Of a stretch of 64,000 bases of DNA, positions 55,833 to 64,000 are shown piece by piece. The first letter of the stretch is position 1. Each line of letters begins with the position of its first letter. The notes beneath the pieces are model-generated. The model was not told the DNA's origin, made no database searches, and saw only the letters and a list, made by a program, of their open reading frames with translations. Made by a program: the position numbers and the translations under genes. The stretch is taken from NCBI RefSeq assembly GCF_009914755.1, contig NC_060941.1. One strand, 5' to 3'. Source of the stretch: the human T2T-CHM13v2.0 reference genome, Homo sapiens.

Positions 55833-58800
55833 GAGAACCCCACCAGCATCACGTGACTGGTTTGGGAAAAGTTAAAGCTACACTGCTCGTGGGGGACCCG
55901 TCCCTGGGTCTCTGCACCCCCATGCTCTCTCTGCCCCTCCTGAACCTCGGGACCAAAGGGGGCCAGGAAATTGTCAGGGGAGGCGATCACAGAGAAAGAC
56001 CAAAGCTTGCAGACAGGGGACAGGGGCAGGACCTCTGGGAGATGTGGAGTCTGCAGAAGACATTGACCTCTGCTTTCTCCACTCGGCCCACACTGACCCC
56101 GCAAGGAGAGCTGGCAGATCAAAACGCGAATATACAGATGAGGAGACTGAGGTAGACGGAGGCAGAGCCCAGGCGCCAGAGCTGTGGCACGGGACAAGGA
56201 CAAGCAGACACCCTGGCCGGCTTTTCTGGCACCTCTGTAAGTAGAGCCTGGATCAGGGAGGTGCCACATGTTGGTGGTTCATTGGTAGATTAGGCAGAGG
56301 GAGCTGTGAGCCTGGAGAAGCTCAACCATACGTCCCTCCCCTCCCCAGAGGACCCTGGTCCAGCCCAGCCCAACACAGCCAGCGGCCTCATATTGGGGCT
56401 GTGATCTGAGCACCTCCCAAAGCCTGGGGCTGTGATCTTAGCTCCACTGCATCCAGGGGTGCTGAGGGAGGCCAGGGGCAGCAGCTGACTCTCTGGGGCC
56501 TCAGTCTTCCTGGCTGCAAAATGGGGGTTAGGGAGGACGCAGAAAGTTCCAGGGTTCTGCACCCCTCAAGTGTTCCTTTCCTTGCAGCAAGTGGGACACT
56601 CAGCCCTGCCTGTGAGGGAAAGGGAAGGCTAAGGAAGGGGCTGCCCAGGAGGTGGGGGTCTCTTCCAGCTGCCTCCAACCTTCAGAAACCGTCCTCAGAT
56701 GGAGGCCGGGGGCTTGATTCTGGCTTAGCTGCCTACAGGCTGTGCGCCTTGGTTTCCCCATCTATAAAGTAATGACAAGCTTGCATTTCAGAACCAGGAT
56801 ATGGCATCAGACAAGCCTGAGCTCAAGCCTTCCCTCATCACCCACAAGCAAGTCACAGCCATGCTTCCTTCCACATCTGTCCAGGATCTAGACGTTTCTC
56901 CCACGCCTGTTTGCAGTGCCTGGACTAGTAAAGTAACCACCTCCCTGCTCTGTCCTGGTCCCCACAGTTTGCTCCCCTTAGAGCAGCAGCTAGAGGGAGC
57001 TGGGGCATCCCATCTGTCTTCTGCTCAGGACCCTCCTGGGAGCCTCAGAGTCAAAGCCGAGCCCATAGGACAACGGCTTCCAGGCCCTGCACCACCTGCT
57101 CCCCATGACCTCTTGACCCATCCTGCACACACAAGGCATCGCAGGCACTGCAGAGCCTTTGCTCTTGCTATTCCCTCCACTTGGAACACTCTTCCCTGTT
57201 GCAGCTCTGTTTCTTGCCTCCTTCAGGTCTTCACTTAAATGCCACCCTCCAGGGAGGGGCCTTCCTAGACACATGATTGTAAATAGCAGCCCTGCCCAAC
57301 ACAGCCTCCCCTCTGCCCCCTGCACCTCTCATGAAAGCCCTTGTTTTCCAGGATACTTTAAAACTGACTCTATTTCTTGTCCATTTCCCTCTCTAAACTG
57401 TCAGCCCCAGGAGACCCCGACACCTAAAAGAGTGCTTGGTACATGGTAGGTGCTCAACAAATACTTGCGGGGTGAATCACAGCTCTTCCACCTCTGTGGT
57501 GCAAGACTTTGGGCAAGTCATTTCACTTCCCCATGCCTCAGTCTCCCCATCTGTATATGGGAAATGCAGTTTCCCCTCTCCCTGTGGTGTGTGGCTATGA
57601 AATAAAGTGACTCCAGGTGCCCAGGGCCTCCTAGAACACTGTAAATGCTTAATAAACAAAGGTGCTCAAACGTTTTCCCTCACTCAGAACCAGAGCTCGC
57701 AGGAAGAGAATCAGCCTAGCTGTGCTATGTGGACAGCCTAGGAAGACTTCTGCACCAGGAGCCTGGGGCTACCTGACCCCTCAGCCTCAGTGTTTATATC
57801 TCTCAGTGGGCACAACAGCACCAGCCTCCAGGCTTGCCTTACAGGTCGGGAATGACACCACAGCCTGTTGTCCTCCTCAGCTCAGGGAGGCCTGGGCTCA
57901 GACTCAGACGACCCCTCTCTGGTCCCAAGACACACACCCAAACCCAGTGGGGCCTGGAAGCCCAGAAGAGCCCCACCCTGTGCTGCACAGCCACTCCCTT
58001 GGGGGCCTCTGGCCTCTCTCTTCTTTCTCCCCTGGGCTTGGCTGGGGAGATGCCCAGCCACATCTGTGGTCAGCTATCTGGGCAGTGAATTCCAGAAGGG
58101 GGTAAGTTTAGAAATACGGCTGGGCATGTCCAGCCCTGACCACGGCCAGCTCTGGAGGGCTGTCCTTTGGCTGTACCCACTTGGAAGAGAAAGAAAAAGA
58201 AAAAAAAAAAAAAAAAACAAACGTATCCCCTCTTCTTTCTGTCTCTGAGTATAATGGCCCTCCCGAGCCCACAAGGGAACCAGAGGCCGCTCTGGAACCT
58301 CAGAAGAGAGGATTTGAAAGCCATGAGGCCTCTCTCCCAGAGTCGCCAGGGCCCCGAGTGTCCTGGCCAGCTGAGCCCTGCCAGCACCACAGCAGTAGCA
58401 GGACTTGCCTCTGCCTGGTGGTGTAGGGTTGGTTGGGCCAATGGTGAAGTTCTGGGTGATGCTGGGCAATCACTTCCTAAGGTCCCTAGCCTCAGTTTCC
58501 TCATCTGTAACACGGGGTGGTATGTCACAACATTGTCAGGGTATTGTGACAGTCCCATCCACGAAGCTGTAGTGGGGCCTGGCTCGACACTCGGCACATT
58601 CCAAATGGCATCGGAGATCTGGCAGAGGCCCCTCCTGGCTGAAGCCAAATGTGGGTCGCAGGAGCCCCACCGTTCAGGGAGTCAGACCAGTCAGGACGCC
58701 ATCCCAGCTCTGCCCAACTCTCAGCCTGACCTCTCGCAAGCCTTTCCCTTTCCTGGCCCTCCACCTTCCCTTCTTGAAAATGGGCACAGTGGCCCCTAAG

Positions 58801-58930
58801 GACCGGTCCAGCTTGGACATTCCCACTGGGGCGAGGTGGGCCACAGGGAGTTCATAGCCCTTGTTTTTGTAGTTCTATTTCCTACCTGTGGGACCTCCTG
58901 AGGGGGGATGGGCTAATCAAAACTTCTCTA

Positions 58931-59275
<345 letters not shown>

Positions 59276-59499
59276 TCACGATCGGGCCACGTTTACCAGC
59301 ACTTACTAATCCCCCATGAGCTGGTCTGATCCTTTACATTTGTTACAGTCTTTCATCCTTACAACTAGCCAATGGGGTGTGCACTGGTATTATTCCCATT
59401 GCAGAGAGGGAGAAACTAAGGCACACAGAAGTGAGGCAAATGGCCAGTCCCAGAGCCACTGAAGTCTTGATAGTGATAGCCATCCCCCCGCCCCTCACT

Positions 59500-60560
59500 C
59501 CCCCCAGGGGACCACAAGCCCCTTTCGCGGTCAGCCCCAGGTCCGCAGGCCTCCCCCGTGTAGAAAGACTAAGATTCCCAGGGGCAGCAGGAAGCCATAT
59601 ACCACCCGCAGAAGGGGACAGGTCACGGCTGACCAACTTTCCAGGATCTCAAACAGGAGCCTTCAGTGGGTGCCCAACAGTCGTGAACAAGTGGGCCTGA
59701 GCAGGTGCGGGTCCCCTGCGGCTGAGACAGGGGACCCGCGCTGCCCCAGCTCCTGCCTCTGCCTTTCCAGGGGCCCCTGTCCGCCCTGGCCCCTGCTCTC
59801 CCGGGAAGTCTGCCCCCGCCCAGCCCGTTCCACTTCCCGGAGCGCCGGCCGCGCCCCCACCTGGCCCCGAGCACAACCCGGCCCGCGCCCGGAGCTCCGG
59901 CCGCCCGGGACCACCCCGCGGCGCGCGCTTGCAACAGCCTTCCCGGGCGGCGGGCCGGAGCCGGGCCGCGGGCGCGCGGGGGACAGGCACCCAGCAAGGG
60001 GGCGGCCCCGGCGGGCCCCGCTCGCTCGCAGACAAAAGGTCGGGGCGGGCCGGGGCCGCCTTACCGTTGAGCCGGACAGTGAACTGGCGGCGCCGGCGGT
60101 CGTGCTCCACGCGGATGGGGCAGCCCTGCTCCAGCGCGCCCAGCGGCACGGCGGCAGCCGAGTGCGCCATCTGCGCGCGGGGCTGCGGCGCGGCGCCGGC
60201 GGGGGCCGGGGCGCGCGGGGAAAGGTCAGGCGCGCGGCGGGGCTGGAGCGCGGGCGCAGGCGGCAGGCGGTGGGGTAGTTACGGCCTGGGAGACCGCAGG
60301 CGGCGGCGCTGAAAGTGACACTCGGCGGCGGCGGCAGCAACAAAAAGGGTGGGGGGGGGGCCAGGAAATCAGCTGTGAGGTCACGTGCGGCGCGCAGCCA
60401 GTGGACGCGCGGCCTTTTTGTTTTGATACATTCCAGTCACCTCTTAAAGGGGCCGCGCCGGCCGCGTTCCTCTCGCAGCCCCAAACAAAACAACACGGGC
60501 CGCCGCCGCGCCGCGCCGGCTACTTTTCCGTCTTGCGTTTGTCCCACGTGCAACTTTGGG
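59500..60560. promoter_or_regulatory. CpG island promoter of NATD1
   Basis: Very high GC and CpG around exon 1. CACGTG E-boxes at 60382-60387 and 60545-60550. Confidence 0.9.
60065..60170 (-). CDS. NATD1: NATD1 coding exon 1 (106 nt: MAHSAAAVPLGALEQGCPIRVEHDRRRRQFTVRLN+G)
   Basis: ATG at 60170, donor ACG|GTAAG, start of ORF 59649..60170, inside a CpG island. Confidence 0.95.
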
Positions 60561-61199
60561 ACCCCCGCAAGGAGCCTTCTAAAAAAGACGTAACAATCTT
60601 TTGTATGGACATTCTAATCGTCCCCAAGGCAGCCACCATTTATTAAGCACTTGCTGTGTGCACGGCCTGTGTATAGCAAAGCCCTGGCGCACAGGGCGCT
60701 CAGTAATCACTGCGCTGAGGTTTATCACCAGAAGCCTGAGAAATAGGTATGCTTGACTCCATTTTACAGATGAGCAAATAGAGGCTAAGACAAGTGAAAG
60801 ACATGCATAAGTTCTCACGCAGCTGAAGCCCTGGGGCTACTGGTGCTAGGAGTGCGCACCCACCCGTGTGGGCAGCCTGGGTGGCTACTGGCTACTGGGA
60901 AGGAATTGTCCTGTGAAGCCTTGTTTGGGATAGGAGTGAAATGCCACCTCTCCCAAAGAGAGGCGTAAATGCGGGAAGAGGCCTTGGGGATCCCTGGATC
61001 CACTCCATAGATGGGGAGGCTGAATCCCAGAAAGGGGCAGGGACTTGCTTGAAGACACACAGGACTGTTGGGGCTCAGACTTCTTTGAAAGGCGCCTTAA
61101 TTAGGCTCCTCAAGGCTCAACCTTAGAGCCACACCCTCCCCTCTTGCTCACCTGAAGGGGCACTCCTGTTGCCCATAGCTGTGCAGTGAATCATACAGG

Positions 61200-63940
<2,741 letters not shown>

Positions 63941-64000
63941 GTAAACAAAACAAGGCTAGAGAGTGAGTCTTTACATGCAAGGAGACAGAAAGTGATTCTG

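Overview
Primate (very likely human 17p11.2) genomic DNA, Alu-rich. It holds two complete spliced genes, both on the minus strand. TMEM11 has 2 coding exons (21043-20982 and 5715-5199, 192 aa, mitochondrial membrane protein). NATD1 has 3 coding exons (60170-60065, 51130-51012, 50335-50219, 113 aa, minimal GNAT acetyltransferase domain). Each has a CpG-island promoter. The rest is mostly Alu, L1, L2/MIR, MaLR/ERVL/MER4 LTR remnants, hAT DNA transposon fragments, a 7SL pseudogene and a ~0.9 kb CCAT/CCAC repeat. Almost all other listed ORFs are Alu-derived or GC-rich noise. The best unexplained structure is a ~420 bp non-Alu inverted duplication in NATD1 intron 1, with patchy arm identity and flanks suggesting the 557 bp spacer was inverted. 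Other leads are a candidate NMD poison exon and a 3x22 bp AP-1/E-box tandem in the TMEM11 intron, an overlapping uORF plus in-frame UUG in the TMEM11 leader, a 38 bp locally templated insertion in an Alu, and a sense-oriented LTR upstream of NATD1. I see no convincing wholly new gene system. Repeat family names come from recall and their boundaries are approximate.
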